Part shown: positions 1 to 10,432 of the stretch, one piece after another
How positions within the stretch are numbered: position 1 is the first letter of the stretch
Layout of the letters: each line of letters begins with the position of its first letter
Assembly (NCBI GenBank): GCA_963813715.1
Contig: CAWFAK010000005.1
Coordinates: 320,001-384,000, forward strand
Direction of reading: 5' to 3'
DNA length: 64,000 bases
Origin: an uncultured Planctomycetaceae bacterium
GTDB lineage: Bacteria > Planctomycetota > Planctomycetia > Planctomycetales > Planctomycetaceae
Notes under the pieces: generated by a model
Databases searched by the model: none
What the model was told of the DNA's origin: nothing
Seen by the model: the letters and a program-made list of their open reading frames with translations, nothing else
Made by a program: the position numbers and the translations under genes

Positions 1-2
1 AA

Positions 3-713
3 GAAGAGATCGCCCGCATTCAGAGCCGGCACGTGCCGCTACGAGGAGGCGGATCGATCGTGATCGATCAGACCGAGGCGCTTGTGGCCATCGACGTCAA
101 CAGCGGCAACTTCCGCGCAGACGACAACGCTGAGGAAACGGCCTACCAGGTCAACCTGCGGGCCGCCGAAGAGATCAGCCGTCAGATCCGCATGCGAGAC
201 CTCGGTGGCGTCATCGTGAACGACTTCATCGACATGCGTGAGGAGCGACACCGGCGTGGCGTCGAGCGCGCCCTGCGCGAAGCCGTCCGCCGCGACCGGG
301 CCCGCATCAAGGTGCTGCGGATCAGCCCGTTTGGCCTGATCGAAATGACGCGGCAGCGGATCCGTCCCTCGCTGCGCCGCAGCATCTACGAGGATTGTCC
401 CTGCTGCCATAGCACGGGTCAGGTCAAAACGGCCGAGAGCATGGCCATCGAAACCATGCGGTTGTTGATGACGCTCGCCACGCGCGAAGGGGCGGCCCGC
501 CTGGTCGTCGAAATCCACGACCGGGTCGCCAACTATCTCAACAACAAAAAACGGCGGGAGATCACCGGGATCGAGGAGTCGTGCAAGGTGACGATCAACA
601 TCATCGCCCGTAGCGACGTGGGTCCCGAGCATCTGTCGCTCAAGCTGCTGGACGAAGGGGGCAGCGAGCTGCGCTCCAATGTGATGCCCGCCGTCACGAG
701 CGCCAAACGCTAA
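3..713 (+). CDS. rne: Ribonuclease E/G family, C-terminal part (5' end outside window)
   Basis: GGSIVIDQTEALVAIDVNSG, RQIRMRDLGGVIVNDFIDM, FGLIEMTRQR and CxCCxxxG Zn-link motifs; frame open to the window edge. Confidence 0.9.
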   Translation, partial: EEIARIQSRHVPLRGGGSIVIDQTEALVAIDVNSGNFRADDNAEETAYQVNLRAAEEISRQIRMRDLGGVIVNDFIDMREERHRRGVERALREAVRRDRARIKVLRISPFGLIEMTRQRIRPSLRRSIYEDCPCCHSTGQVKTAESMAIETMRLLMTLATREGAARLVVEIHDRVANYLNNKKRREITGIEESCKVTINIIARSDVGPEHLSLKLLDEGGSELRSNVMPAVTSAKR

Positions 714-894
714 CGCAAAGCCCGGCGAACGGCTGGGGCGGGTATCCGTGGCAAGCGGTGGGCGTCCGCGCTCGCCGAGGAACTTTTTGATGCGAAGTTC
801 TTGCCGGGGCGGCTTCTTGCCGCACAGGATTGCGTCGCTGCGCCTGCCGTGACTATTCTGGGGAGCGAAATTCTTCGCCCCTCAAGAACTGGCT

Positions 895-2301
895 ATGGCT
901 CTCAACACAGAAAACGCGATCGCAGATGCCGCGTCTGCGGCCAATGTTCCGACCAGCCACCCAGTCGGTTTTTGGTTCTTCTTCTGGGGCGAATTCTCGG
1001 AGCGCTGCTCGTTCTACGGAATGAAGGCCATTCTGCCGGTCTACCTGACCGCCATTCTGGCAATGACCGATGCGACCGCCGGCACCTACATGAACTGGTT
1101 CAAGATGGGGTGCTATGCGCTTCCCCTCTTGGGCGGATTCCTGGCGGACCGGTTCTTCGGCAAATATTGGACGATCGTCGGCTTCTCGATCCCTTACGTG
1201 CTGGGACATTTCGTTCTGGGTATCCCCACGAACAGCGCTCTCTTAATTGCGCTGCTGTTGCTGGCCGGCGGCAGCGGGGTGATCAAGCCGAACATCTCCA
1301 CCCTGATGGGGCTGACCTACGATCAAAAACGCCCCGGGCAGGAGCAATTGCGGGCATCGGCTTTCTTGTGGTTCTATTTCGCGATCAACATTGGGGCCTT
1401 GATTTCGACGTTCACGCTGCCGCTCGTCACCCAACACTTTGGCAACACGCAACATGCGTACGCCATTGCCTTTCAGTTCCCCGCCTGGCTGATGGTAGCT
1501 GCGCTCGTGGTCTTCGCGAGCGGCAAGCGCTTTTACGGCGTGGAACAATACACCTACCGTAAACCGACCCCTGAAGAGCGGGCAGAGCGACGCGCAACGC
1601 TGCTGAAGCTGATGGGCGTGTTCGGCCTGATCTTCTTCTTCTGGCTGGGCTACGAGTTCAACGACAACATCTGGATCTTCTTCACCCGCGACTACGTCGA
1701 CCTCAACGTCGACCTCCGCTGGATTGGCCTGGGCGACCACGTTGAGCTGGCACAGCTGCAAGTGGTCAATCCCGCGTGCGTGATGATCTTCGCTCCGCTG
1801 TTTGCCTGGCTCTTTAAAGCACTCGACCCCCGCGGGCGGATCTTTACCGCGGGCAACAAGATGCTCGCCGGCTTTTTGTTCAGCGTGGCCTCATCGGCCA
1901 CGATGGCGATTGCCGCCCTGCTGGCGTCGGGCGTTCACACGATGGATGCACCGCACAAAGTTTCGATCGCCTGGCCGGTGATGGCCTTCGTGTTTTTGAC
2001 CATCGCGGAAGTGCTCATCTACGGCACCGGGCTTGAGTATTCCTACGCCGCGGCGCCGCCCACCATGAAGGGCTTCGTCACGGGTTGCTTCCTGGCCATC
2101 GACGCCGTGGCCAACTTTGCAGACGGGTTTCTCACGCATCTTTACGGAGGCTCGCTGGTGGGTCCGGCCAATAGCCGTGGACCGCTCTCGGCCTTCGCAT
2201 TTTTCGGTTCGACGGCGCTTGTCGTGTTGGGTGCGACGGTTCTGTTTTTCTTCGTCGCCCGGCGAATGAACCGCGACATGCAAACTTCATCCACTTCGTG
2301 A
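895..2301 (+). CDS. POT/PTR family proton-dependent di/tripeptide transporter (MFS)
   Basis: EFSERCSFYGM (ExxERxxxYG), LGGFLADRFFG, GSGVIKPNIS, FYFAINIGA; many hydrophobic TM segments. Confidence 0.92.
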   Translation: MALNTENAIADAASAANVPTSHPVGFWFFFWGEFSERCSFYGMKAILPVYLTAILAMTDATAGTYMNWFKMGCYALPLLGGFLADRFFGKYWTIVGFSIPYVLGHFVLGIPTNSALLIALLLLAGGSGVIKPNISTLMGLTYDQKRPGQEQLRASAFLWFYFAINIGALISTFTLPLVTQHFGNTQHAYAIAFQFPAWLMVAALVVFASGKRFYGVEQYTYRKPTPEERAERRATLLKLMGVFGLIFFFWLGYEFNDNIWIFFTRDYVDLNVDLRWIGLGDHVELAQLQVVNPACVMIFAPLFAWLFKALDPRGRIFTAGNKMLAGFLFSVASSATMAIAALLASGVHTMDAPHKVSIAWPVMAFVFLTIAEVLIYGTGLEYSYAAAPPTMKGFVTGCFLAIDAVANFADGFLTHLYGGSLVGPANSRGPLSAFAFFGSTALVVLGATVLFFFVARRMNRDMQTSSTS

Positions 2302-2311
2302 ATGGGAACAC

Positions 2312-4407
2312 ATGATGACGTCCGCGATTCGTCACTGTTCGCGTCTGGGAATCATCCTTGCTGTTCTGACGGCAGCCCACTGCCAGCCGGCCTCGGCCGA
2401 CGAGGGCATGTGGCTCTTCAATCGCCCACCAAAACAGATTCTCAAGGAACGCTACAGCTTCGAGCCGACGAAGGAGTGGTTGGACCACGTGCAGCGCGCC
2501 TCGGTCCGCTTCAACAGCGGCGGGTCGGGGTCGTTCATTTCGGCCGACGGCCTCGTGATGACCAATCACCACGTCGGTGCCGATGCCTTGCAGAAAATGA
2601 GCGACACCAAGCACAACTATCTGAAGGAGGGCTTCTACGCCAAATCCCGCGATGAGGAAAAGAAGTGCCTCGACCTCGAGCTGAACGTGCTCGACAGCAT
2701 CGAGGATGTAACAGACCGCGTGAACGCGGCCGTCAAGACGGGGATGAGTTCCGAGCAGGCGGTCATCGCCCGCCGAGCCGCCACGAACGAGATCGAGAAC
2801 GAGTCGAAAAAGAAGACCGGCTTGCGTAGCGACGTGATCACGCTCTACCAGGGGGGTGAATACGACCTGTATCGCTATAAGCAATACACCGACGTTCGTC
2901 TCGTCTTCGCGCCAGAGCAGCAGGCCGCCTTTTACGGCGGCGACCCGGACAACTTCGAGTATCCGCGATACGACCTCGATTGCTGTTTCTTCCGCGTCTA
3001 CGAAAACAACAAGCCGGTCCAGGGACAGGAGTTTTTCAAGTGGAGCGCGAAGGCGCGGCGGACAACGAGCTGATCTTCGTCTCGGGAAATCCCGGGCGGA
3101 CGAATCGTCTCGATACGGTCGACGCGCTGCGTTACCAGCGGGATATCTCATACCCCTTCACCCTCAACCGGCTCTACAATCTCGAGGTGTTGCTGACCGC
3201 GTGGGGGGCCCGCTCGGAGGAGAACGCTCGCCGTGCGCGGGAGACCTTCTTTGGCGTGGCCAATAGCCGCAAGGCTCGCGACGGAGGATTGGCCGGGCTC
3301 CTCGATCCGGCTGTCTTTGCTCAGAAGCGCGAATCCGAAAAACAGCTGCGGACAGCGGTCGAGCACCACTCCGACATGGCGGCTACCGTGACCGCTTGGG
3401 ATCGCATCGCCGAGGCGCAAAAAGTTCGCGCTCGCTTACTGCACACCTATTCGTCGCTGGAGCGAGGACTGGGCTTCGACAGCACACTCTTCACGATCGC
3501 GCGGTCGCTAGTCCGCGTCGGCGATGAAAAGGCCAAGCCGGAACGCGAGCGGCTTCGCGAATACACGGACTCCCATCGCTCGTCGTTGGAGCTCCAACTG
3601 TTCTCCGAAGAGCCGATCTACGCGGACTACGAGATCGTCAAGCTGACGAATTCTCTCACTTGGCTCTCATCGCAGCTCTTGGGAGACCGGAAGCTCTACA
3701 GGCAAATCATGGGCGACAAGTCGCCCGCCGACCGGGCGGCCGAGCTCGTGCACAACTCCAAGCTCGACAGCGTCGAGCTGCGCAAGAAGCTCTACGAAGG
3801 CGGCAAGACCGCCGTCGACGCGTCGAGCGACCCGATGATTCTCTTGGCCCGCCTTGTGGACCCGGCGTCCCGCGCCGTGCGCAAGCAAATGGAGTCGCAA
3901 GTTGACGAAGTCGAGCGCCAGGCCTATGGCCAGATCGCCAAGGCGAAATACGAACTCGAGGGCAAGAACACCTATCCCGACGCGACTTTTACGCTGCGAC
4001 TCGCCTTCGGCACCGTGAAGGGCTACGAAGAGCAGGGGAAACACATCCCCTTCGAGACGCACTTCGCCGGCCTGTACGACCGCGCCCAGGAACACCACGA
4101 CAAAGAGCCGTTCGACTTGCCGAAGCGCTGGGTCGAGCGGAAGTACAAGCTCGACCTGAGCACCCCGTTCAACTTCGTGTGCACGGCCGACATTATCGGC
4201 GGTAACTCGGGGAGCCCGGTGATCAACAAGGACGCCGAAATCGTCGGCCTGATCTTCGACGGCAACATTCAGTCACTGGTGCTCGACTTCGTTTACACCG
4301 ACAAGGAGGCTCGGGCAGTAGCCGTGCACTCGCTGGCACTGACGGAGGCCCTTCGCAAAGTTTACGAAGCGGGCGCCCTCGCCGATGAAATCATGGGGAC
4401 CCACTAG
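2312..4407 (+). CDS. S46 family dipeptidyl peptidase (DPP7-like), secreted; one apparent frameshift at ~3050
   Basis: Signal peptide then DEGMWL, TNHHV, GGDPDNFEYPR, YPDATFTLRL, DIIGGNSGSP, FDGN; ORFs 2312-3073 and 2980-4407 join with a 1-nt indel. Confidence 0.9.
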
Positions 4408-4426
4408 ATACCAACGCAGGGCAACC

Positions 4427-5470
4427 ATGGCTCGGGCCCTGGATAGGTCGCACCCGCTACTGCCAAACACTTTACCGCCAACCCTCGTCTCGCGACGACG
4501 GTTTCTGGCGGCGGCTAGCATCGGTGTGCTCGGGGGGTTGGCCAAACCGACTTTCGCCGAAGAGAGCCCGCCGCCGCGTTTCGTGTTGCAGTGGGGTCAC
4601 CAGGGGACGGCCTCAGGTGAATTCAGCGCGAACGTCGGCCTCGCGATCGGCCGGGACGATGTGATCTATACGTGCGAATTCCGCAACCGTCGCGTCCAGC
4701 GGTTCACGTCCGATGGGAAGTTTCTCGGCACGTTTCCCGTGGATCTTTTTCCGGGCGGGCTGGCCGTCGATGGGCCGGGCAACGTTTACGTGGGCCATTG
4801 GAACAGCAACAAGGTCGCGGCCTATTCGCCCTCCGGCAAACTCTTGCACGAATGGGGCCGCAAGGGAACGAGCGACGGCGAGTTCCAACTTCCTGGGTCC
4901 GTGGCGCTCGGCCCGGACGGCCTCTTGTATGTGCCCGACCAGGGAAACAGTCGGATCCAGAAGTTCACGACGGAGGGCAAGTTCGTCGCTAAGTGGGGTG
5001 GCCACGGCAAGGAGCCCGGGCAGTTCGGCGGCAATCAGTCTCCGGGCAGCCGTTTTGCGGGCCCGCAATTTGTCGCCTTCGACGCGGCGGGCAACGTGTA
5101 TGCCACCGACGCCGACTTGAATCGGGTCCAGAAGTTCACGTCTGATGGCAAGCTGCTGGCCCACTGGGGCAACCGCGGTTCGGAGCCGGGTGGGTTTGGT
5201 CCGCCGCCGCTACAGAAAAACGGCAAGCCCACCCCGGTCGGTGGGCCCATCGGCATCTGCGTCGATCGGCAGAACCGAGTTTGGGTCAGCGCCACCAACA
5301 GTCGGGTGCAGCAGTTCACCGACACCGGTCGCTACTTGCGCGGAATTGGCGGCTTGGGCTCCGATCCGGGTCGCTTCCGTGTCCCGCACGCGCTGGCAAT
5401 CGACAGCGGCGGCTTTCTCTACGTTTCTGACACGATGAACGGCCGCGTGCAGAAGTTCGACGTCGGCTGA
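4427..5470 (+). CDS. NHL-repeat beta-propeller protein with Tat signal peptide
   Basis: SRRRFL twin-arginine motif; about six repeats of the type WGxxGxxxGxFxxPxxxAxDxxGxxYVxDxxNxRVQKF. Confidence 0.88.
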   Translation: MARALDRSHPLLPNTLPPTLVSRRRFLAAASIGVLGGLAKPTFAEESPPPRFVLQWGHQGTASGEFSANVGLAIGRDDVIYTCEFRNRRVQRFTSDGKFLGTFPVDLFPGGLAVDGPGNVYVGHWNSNKVAAYSPSGKLLHEWGRKGTSDGEFQLPGSVALGPDGLLYVPDQGNSRIQKFTTEGKFVAKWGGHGKEPGQFGGNQSPGSRFAGPQFVAFDAAGNVYATDADLNRVQKFTSDGKLLAHWGNRGSEPGGFGPPPLQKNGKPTPVGGPIGICVDRQNRVWVSATNSRVQQFTDTGRYLRGIGGLGSDPGRFRVPHALAIDSGGFLYVSDTMNGRVQKFDVG

Positions 5471-5482
5471 TCGCTCAATGCC

Positions 5483-5595
5483 CCGGCGAGCGTCGGGTGT
5501 CAGCCCGACGCTGTTCCTTTCGATCGGTTATCGAGAGGGTGCGCGCCGCACCAAAAAAGGAAGCACCCGACAGCTTACGCAGGGCGGCTCGCCGG
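5483..5595. repeat. REP-like palindromic pair between convergent genes
   Basis: Outer inverted ends CCGGCGAG (5483-5490) / CTCGCCGG (5588-5595); perfect hairpin AGCGTCGGG-TGTCAG-CCCGACGCT in the left arm; degenerate GCTTACGC right arm. Confidence 0.55.
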
Positions 5596-5604
5596 CGCTT
5601 CTTG

Positions 5605-6879
5605 TCAGGTCGTGCGGCGATGGCTGCGTTTCGTGGTCGCGCACACATCGACCACGCGGCCGACGTCCGACAGCGCAACGTGGAAGCGTTCCTTGCCTTC
5701 GATGCGGTGCACCGACATGTGGTACGACTGATCCGACACTGCGAGGTACGGACGCTGCTGGGGAGTCTTGGGTCGACGGAGCTTGCCCCACGAGCCGTCT
5801 CCCAGGTAGACGATGCCGTTGTCGTTCACACGCCCGTCCAGCATGGGATGCGTGCGTTTGAACGTGTGGTCGTGGTGTTCGAAGACGGCGTCGACGTTGT
5901 ATCGTTCGAATAGCGGGCACCAATACTTGCGCTGGTCGGCTCCGACCCCCGCGTCCTCCTGCCCGTCGAAGGCATAGGGTCGGTAGGAGGGGTACGCCGG
6001 CACGTGATTGAAGACAAACAGCGTCGGGTATTCCTCGCGCTCCTTGAGCGTGCCCGCCAGCCAATCGGTCTGGGGCCCTTTGACCGGCGTGGTGTGGCCG
6101 GTGTCGAGAAAGATCATCGACAGATAATCGCCAAAATCGAGCTTTGCGTAGCCCGTGTCGGTAAACAGCCCGTCAAACAGCGCGTAAAAGAACGGAGCCG
6201 CTTGGCGCGCCTTTTGATAACCACCATCGACCTCGTGATTCCCGATGCAGGCCAGCATGGGGATCAGGCGGCCTTTATCGTCCTTCAGGTCGCGGGCGTA
6301 GTTCTTGATGTATTGGTAAAAGATCGCAGGGTTCCTCCCGTCCTCGTAGGCCAGATCCCCGCCGACGACTACGAACTGCGGCGATTGAGCGGCCGCCACG
6401 TGATTGTTGCTGATGGCATGCTTGCCCACGCCGCTGTCGCCGCCCGACACAAAGTGAATCGTATTGGTCGCCTTGGCCGGCATCGTGCGGAACCGCTGCT
6501 CGGCCGAGTCGAGACCGACGCGAAAACGATAGTCGGTGTCGGGATCGAGACCGGTCAGTTCGGTGCGGAAGATCCACCGGTCGGTGAGCGGAAACTTTCG
6601 CGACTTGCTCGGCAGACTGCGCCACTCTTCCGACCGATCCTTCGCGTACCAGACCGGCCGTGTGAGGCCGTCCTTCTCGTTGTCACCGATCCATTGCACG
6701 GTCATCGTGGTTGTCGGATCGTGCTGCCACGTCAGGAACAGAGCAGTTGGGTCAAAGCTCGGGTGAGGCGCAAAGGCCGGTTTGGTTTCAGTCGGACCGG
6801 CCAAGAGAGAGCTGGCATAGCCGCAACCAGCCAGCAACGAAGCCGACTGGAGAAAATGACGCCGATTGAGATCGATCAT
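5605..6879 (-). CDS. Tat-exported purple-acid-phosphatase-like metallophosphoesterase with FN3-like N-terminal domain
   Basis: LNRRHFL Tat motif; LTGLDPDTDYRFRVG; GDSG, GDLAY, GNHE, HHDH metal motifs; GAGGGG RBS before ATG 6879. Confidence 0.88.
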   Translation of the reverse strand: MIDLNRRHFLQSASLLAGCGYASSLLAGPTETKPAFAPHPSFDPTALFLTWQHDPTTTMTVQWIGDNEKDGLTRPVWYAKDRSEEWRSLPSKSRKFPLTDRWIFRTELTGLDPDTDYRFRVGLDSAEQRFRTMPAKATNTIHFVSGGDSGVGKHAISNNHVAAAQSPQFVVVGGDLAYEDGRNPAIFYQYIKNYARDLKDDKGRLIPMLACIGNHEVDGGYQKARQAAPFFYALFDGLFTDTGYAKLDFGDYLSMIFLDTGHTTPVKGPQTDWLAGTLKEREEYPTLFVFNHVPAYPSYRPYAFDGQEDAGVGADQRKYWCPLFERYNVDAVFEHHDHTFKRTHPMLDGRVNDNGIVYLGDGSWGKLRRPKTPQQRPYLAVSDQSYHMSVHRIEGKERFHVALSDVGRVVDVCATTKRSHRRTT

Positions 6880-7075
6880 CGCAGCCCCTCGCCTGAGGTA
6901 AGAATGGAGAGTGATTCCCGAGACCACGGTGGGTGACGGCAGTGTGGTGCCGTCATCTGTATCAGCCGGCCGCACACGCTTCAACGGCTCGCGTTAAGGC
7001 GGCTTCACGAAGAGCCGTCGCAGAAATAGCGCAGCGGGATCCTGCGGTGGCCGCGTGTACCGTCCGAGCTGGCGC

Positions 7076-7116
7076 TTGGACTGACAGAATCGTGCGCTTA
7101 TATTGGCAGGATCGTG
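7076..7116 (+). promoter_or_regulatory. Putative sigma70 promoter with overlapping direct-repeat operator, upstream of the XRE regulator
   Basis: TTGGAC (7076-7081)-N17-TATATT (7099-7104); repeats TGACAGAATCGTG (7082) and TGGCAGGATCGTG (7104), 22-bp period. Confidence 0.45.
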
Positions 7117-8223
7117 TCCGATTTGCTCCCTTCTGACGAATTCGGCCTGGGCGGCCTGCGACCGGGACAACGCGTGCGCGGCGAACGCACTCGTCGCGGC
7201 TGGTCTCAGTCGGAGCTGGCACGCCGGGCGGGCATCTCGCGAGCCGCCGTCAGCGCGATCGAGATCGACCGCTTATCCCCGTCGGTCACGGCTGCGATGG
7301 CACTTGCGGAGTGTTTCGGCCGCTCGGTCGAGGAACTCTTCGGGAATGGGCACTCGGCCGAATCGCCGCACTGGGCCTGGCCACCACAGCGTCCCCGTGT
7401 TCGCTATTGGCGGGCCGAAGTGGATGGGCAGCTGCTCGCGTTTCCCATCGAAGAGCCAGTGTCGACCGAATATGCTCACGACGGCGTCTTCGCCGACGGG
7501 ACCGATCGCTGCCTGCCCGAGGAGTCTCCCTCGCGGACGCTGGTGGTGGCCTGTTGCGATCCCGCTGCCGGCCTGCTCGCGTCGCAATTCGCCCGCATGA
7601 CCGGCATGCGGATGATTGTGCTGGGACGTTCGAGCACAGCGGCCCTCGAGCTGCTTGCGGAAAATCGGGTGCACGTGGCCGGCATTCATCTGTGTGCCGC
7701 CGGGGAAGGTTCCGGCAACGCGGGTGTTGTCGCGAGAGAACTGGGCAAATCGGCGGGACTGCTGCGAGTCGCTCGTTGGGAGGAAGGGATCGCGTTTCGC
7801 AATCAGCGCGAGCGCTCGACGCTACAAAGCCTGCTCCGGAAGCGGATCCGATGGGTGGGGCGCGAGCCCGGCTCGGGCGCCGAACAGTGCCAGCAAGAGG
7901 TGCTCGGCGTGACGCGGCGGCCCGTGCGCCTGGCCCGCGATCATCGCGGAGTGGCCGAGGCTTTGCGGAGCGGCTGGGCCGATGCGGGCGTCTGCCTCCG
8001 TCTGGCGAGCGAAGAGGCGGGGCTCGAATTCCTCTCAGTTCGACGCGAAGACTATGATCTGGTTTTCCCTCGATCACTGCAGGACGATCCGCGTCTCAAA
8101 GCGCTGGTACGCGTCGTCCGGAGCGCAGCCTATCGGCGGCTGCTCGGCGACCTGCCTGGTTACGACGCCGCCCAAACCGGCGAACTCGAATGGACGACCG
8201 CCGGCAGCTCTCGTTCGCGCTGA
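7114..8223 (+). CDS. XRE-family HTH fused to a periplasmic-binding-protein-like (molybdate-binding type) domain; transcriptional regulator
   Basis: RRGWSQSELARRAGISRAAVSAIE HTH; SSTAALELL..HVAGIHL, REPGSG, GWADAGV, EDYDLV, LPGYD of the PBP_like domain. Confidence 0.85.
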   Translation: MSDLLPSDEFGLGGLRPGQRVRGERTRRGWSQSELARRAGISRAAVSAIEIDRLSPSVTAAMALAECFGRSVEELFGNGHSAESPHWAWPPQRPRVRYWRAEVDGQLLAFPIEEPVSTEYAHDGVFADGTDRCLPEESPSRTLVVACCDPAAGLLASQFARMTGMRMIVLGRSSTAALELLAENRVHVAGIHLCAAGEGSGNAGVVARELGKSAGLLRVARWEEGIAFRNQRERSTLQSLLRKRIRWVGREPGSGAEQCQQEVLGVTRRPVRLARDHRGVAEALRSGWADAGVCLRLASEEAGLEFLSVRREDYDLVFPRSLQDDPRLKALVRVVRSAAYRRLLGDLPGYDAAQTGELEWTTAGSSRSR

Positions 8224-8240
8224 ACCGGTGTGACCCAGCT

Positions 8241-10117
8241 TTATGTAGCGGCTGTCTTCGTGCGCGCGTTCCCTGTTTCCGTACACACGATCAATTCGAT
8301 GCGCTCGGGCAGATGCCGCTGCACGTACTTGAGAATGTTGCCTTTGACGGCGCGCCAAAGCCGTCCGTGCTGGGGAGCCGCAAGAATCAGCGTGTCTGCC
8401 TCCAACCCGGTCGCCAGGCTGAGGATCGCGCGGGCCACGTTGCGGGCGACGGCATAGTCCGAATGGACCGTCACGCCGCTCCCCTCTGATTCCCGAGCGA
8501 CGATCCCGAAGAACTTCTTCGCGGCCGGATCGGCCTCGTAATCCGGCGTGCTGGGCGTGCCAAGAGCAGGCACAGCCAGATTTCGGATGAAGACCACGAA
8601 GAGTTCGGCCTTTTGGCGTTTGGCCCGCTCGAGCGCGAAGCGAAACGTCGGCACGCTGCCGCGCGTGGTCAATAAGATGCGGCCGCCCGTGCGAGTTGGA
8701 TTCAGCGATTCCGTTTCGTGAATCGGCTCGATCACGGCGCCGGAGACGGACGGGAGCGCCGTCGCGCTAACCGTCGCCGGCTGCGGCGCGGGAGTTGGGA
8801 AAAGCAGTCGCGCCGAGCTGAACTCTTCCAGGATCCAATTTCGCATGTCGTCGCGATGTCTAAAGAGATAGCGGGCTGTGAGGCCGACGACCAGAATGCA
8901 GGTCGCAAAAATCAGCGCGTGCGGCTTCTCGATGGCAATGGTGATCCAAATCCCCGTCATCACGACGGCGATCACGCCCATGCCGATCCGCTGCACTCGC
9001 GTCAGCGCGACCTGAAAATTCGTGGCGCAGGACCCGAGGTTGATCGCCACCGCTCCCACCACGCCGATCGCGTACAGGTCGGCCAATTGTTCGACGTCGG
9101 AAATCGCGACCAAAATCGCGACGGGAAACAGCGTCGCCAAGATCAGCGGCAGGACGGGCATGCCCCACGTGTTGAGCAGACCCAAGTGAGCTGGAAGCTC
9201 CTTGTCGCGGGCCATCATGAACTGAATGCTGACGAGGTCCGTGATGGCGGTGTTTGCCGCCGAGAGCAACAGCATCGCGAAGACGATCGCGGCGACCGCG
9301 GCAAACCCTGGACCGACGTAATAAGCCGCGATCGTCCGCAGCATGTCGTCCCGATGCGCAGAATAGGCGTTCTCGGGGTTACCATCGCCCAAGACGTCCA
9401 GCGGCATCGCTAACATGGCAACCGTGAGCACGAGGTTCAGGACGACAATCTCGACGAGCACGGAATAGATCGACTTGGCGGAGGTCTTTTCGACCGGTTC
9501 GACCATCAGGCCGGTCATGTTGGCAATCGCCTCCACGCCCGAGATGGCCAGAATCAGCGAAGTGAACTGCACCCACCAATGCAACGGGCTGCCCTCGGGA
9601 TGCGAGACGTGCGCCTTGCCGAGCGACGGCACGGCCCAGAGCCCGATCACCAGCGTCAGCGCGACCGTCGCGAGCGCCACAACGAGCGCGCAGCGCTCCG
9701 GATTTCTTCGGGCCGAGATAGTTGACGGCTCCAATCGCGATCAGCGCCTCCGATCGAAAACACCACCGGCTGTCCCACATTGAGGTAATGAAACGCGTCG
9801 AGTGCGGAGATGGCTGCCGTCACCAGGTAGTCGGCACACAACAGCAATCCGCCGATGACCGCGAGAGTCGGCGAGCGATGGCGGGCAGACGAATAAACGC
9901 CCCCGCCGTCCGGATAGATGCGGCAAATGTTTTGGTAAGCCCAGCCGACCGCGATCAGGATCACGGACATGGCCACCATGTACCAGAGTGCGGCATGCCG
10001 CGTGTAATAGAAGGCCAACCCCAGCACGTAGAGCCGGCTGGTCCCCCAGTCGCCGAAAAGCATTGGCCCGGCGTGGTACCAGTGGAGTTCTCGCGGGCGC
10101 TTACCTTCGACGAGCAT
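8241..10117 (-). CDS. APC-superfamily (KimA/KUP-like) transporter with C-terminal universal-stress-protein domain; apparent frameshift at ~9745
   Basis: FGDWGTSRLY, YPDGGGVY, ADYLVTAAIS, SGVEAIAN, LLLSAANTA, LYAIGV; C-terminal USP-like alpha/beta segment. Confidence 0.85.
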
Positions 10118-10432
10118 CGTTGGTCCGGATCTCGTTGAGGAAAATCGGTTGGAAACAGTCGATCGCCGAGCGGCGTCCCGGTCGCGATTCTCGTGCCACC
10201 CCGCCCGCGAACGCAATACGCTCGCGTGAAATCTGTGCTCAAACCAGCCGGAATTCCGACTCGGCTCGGCTCCGTTCGCTCCGGTGGTCGTTCGAAAGGC
10301 CAAACTTCCGAACGGCGGTCCTTGGGGACGCCCGGTCGCCTGCCTATACTTGGAATGGAATCTGCACTTGTCAATTTATGGCGGCCGCGGCCCGCTCGTC
10401 TCAAGTCAGTCACCAGCCGAAGGATTCGATCG

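Noticed and set aside
10118..10432. c-di-AMP (ydaO) riboswitch upstream of the KimA-like transporter
   Set aside because: Conserved ydaO sequence blocks not recognisable on the minus strand
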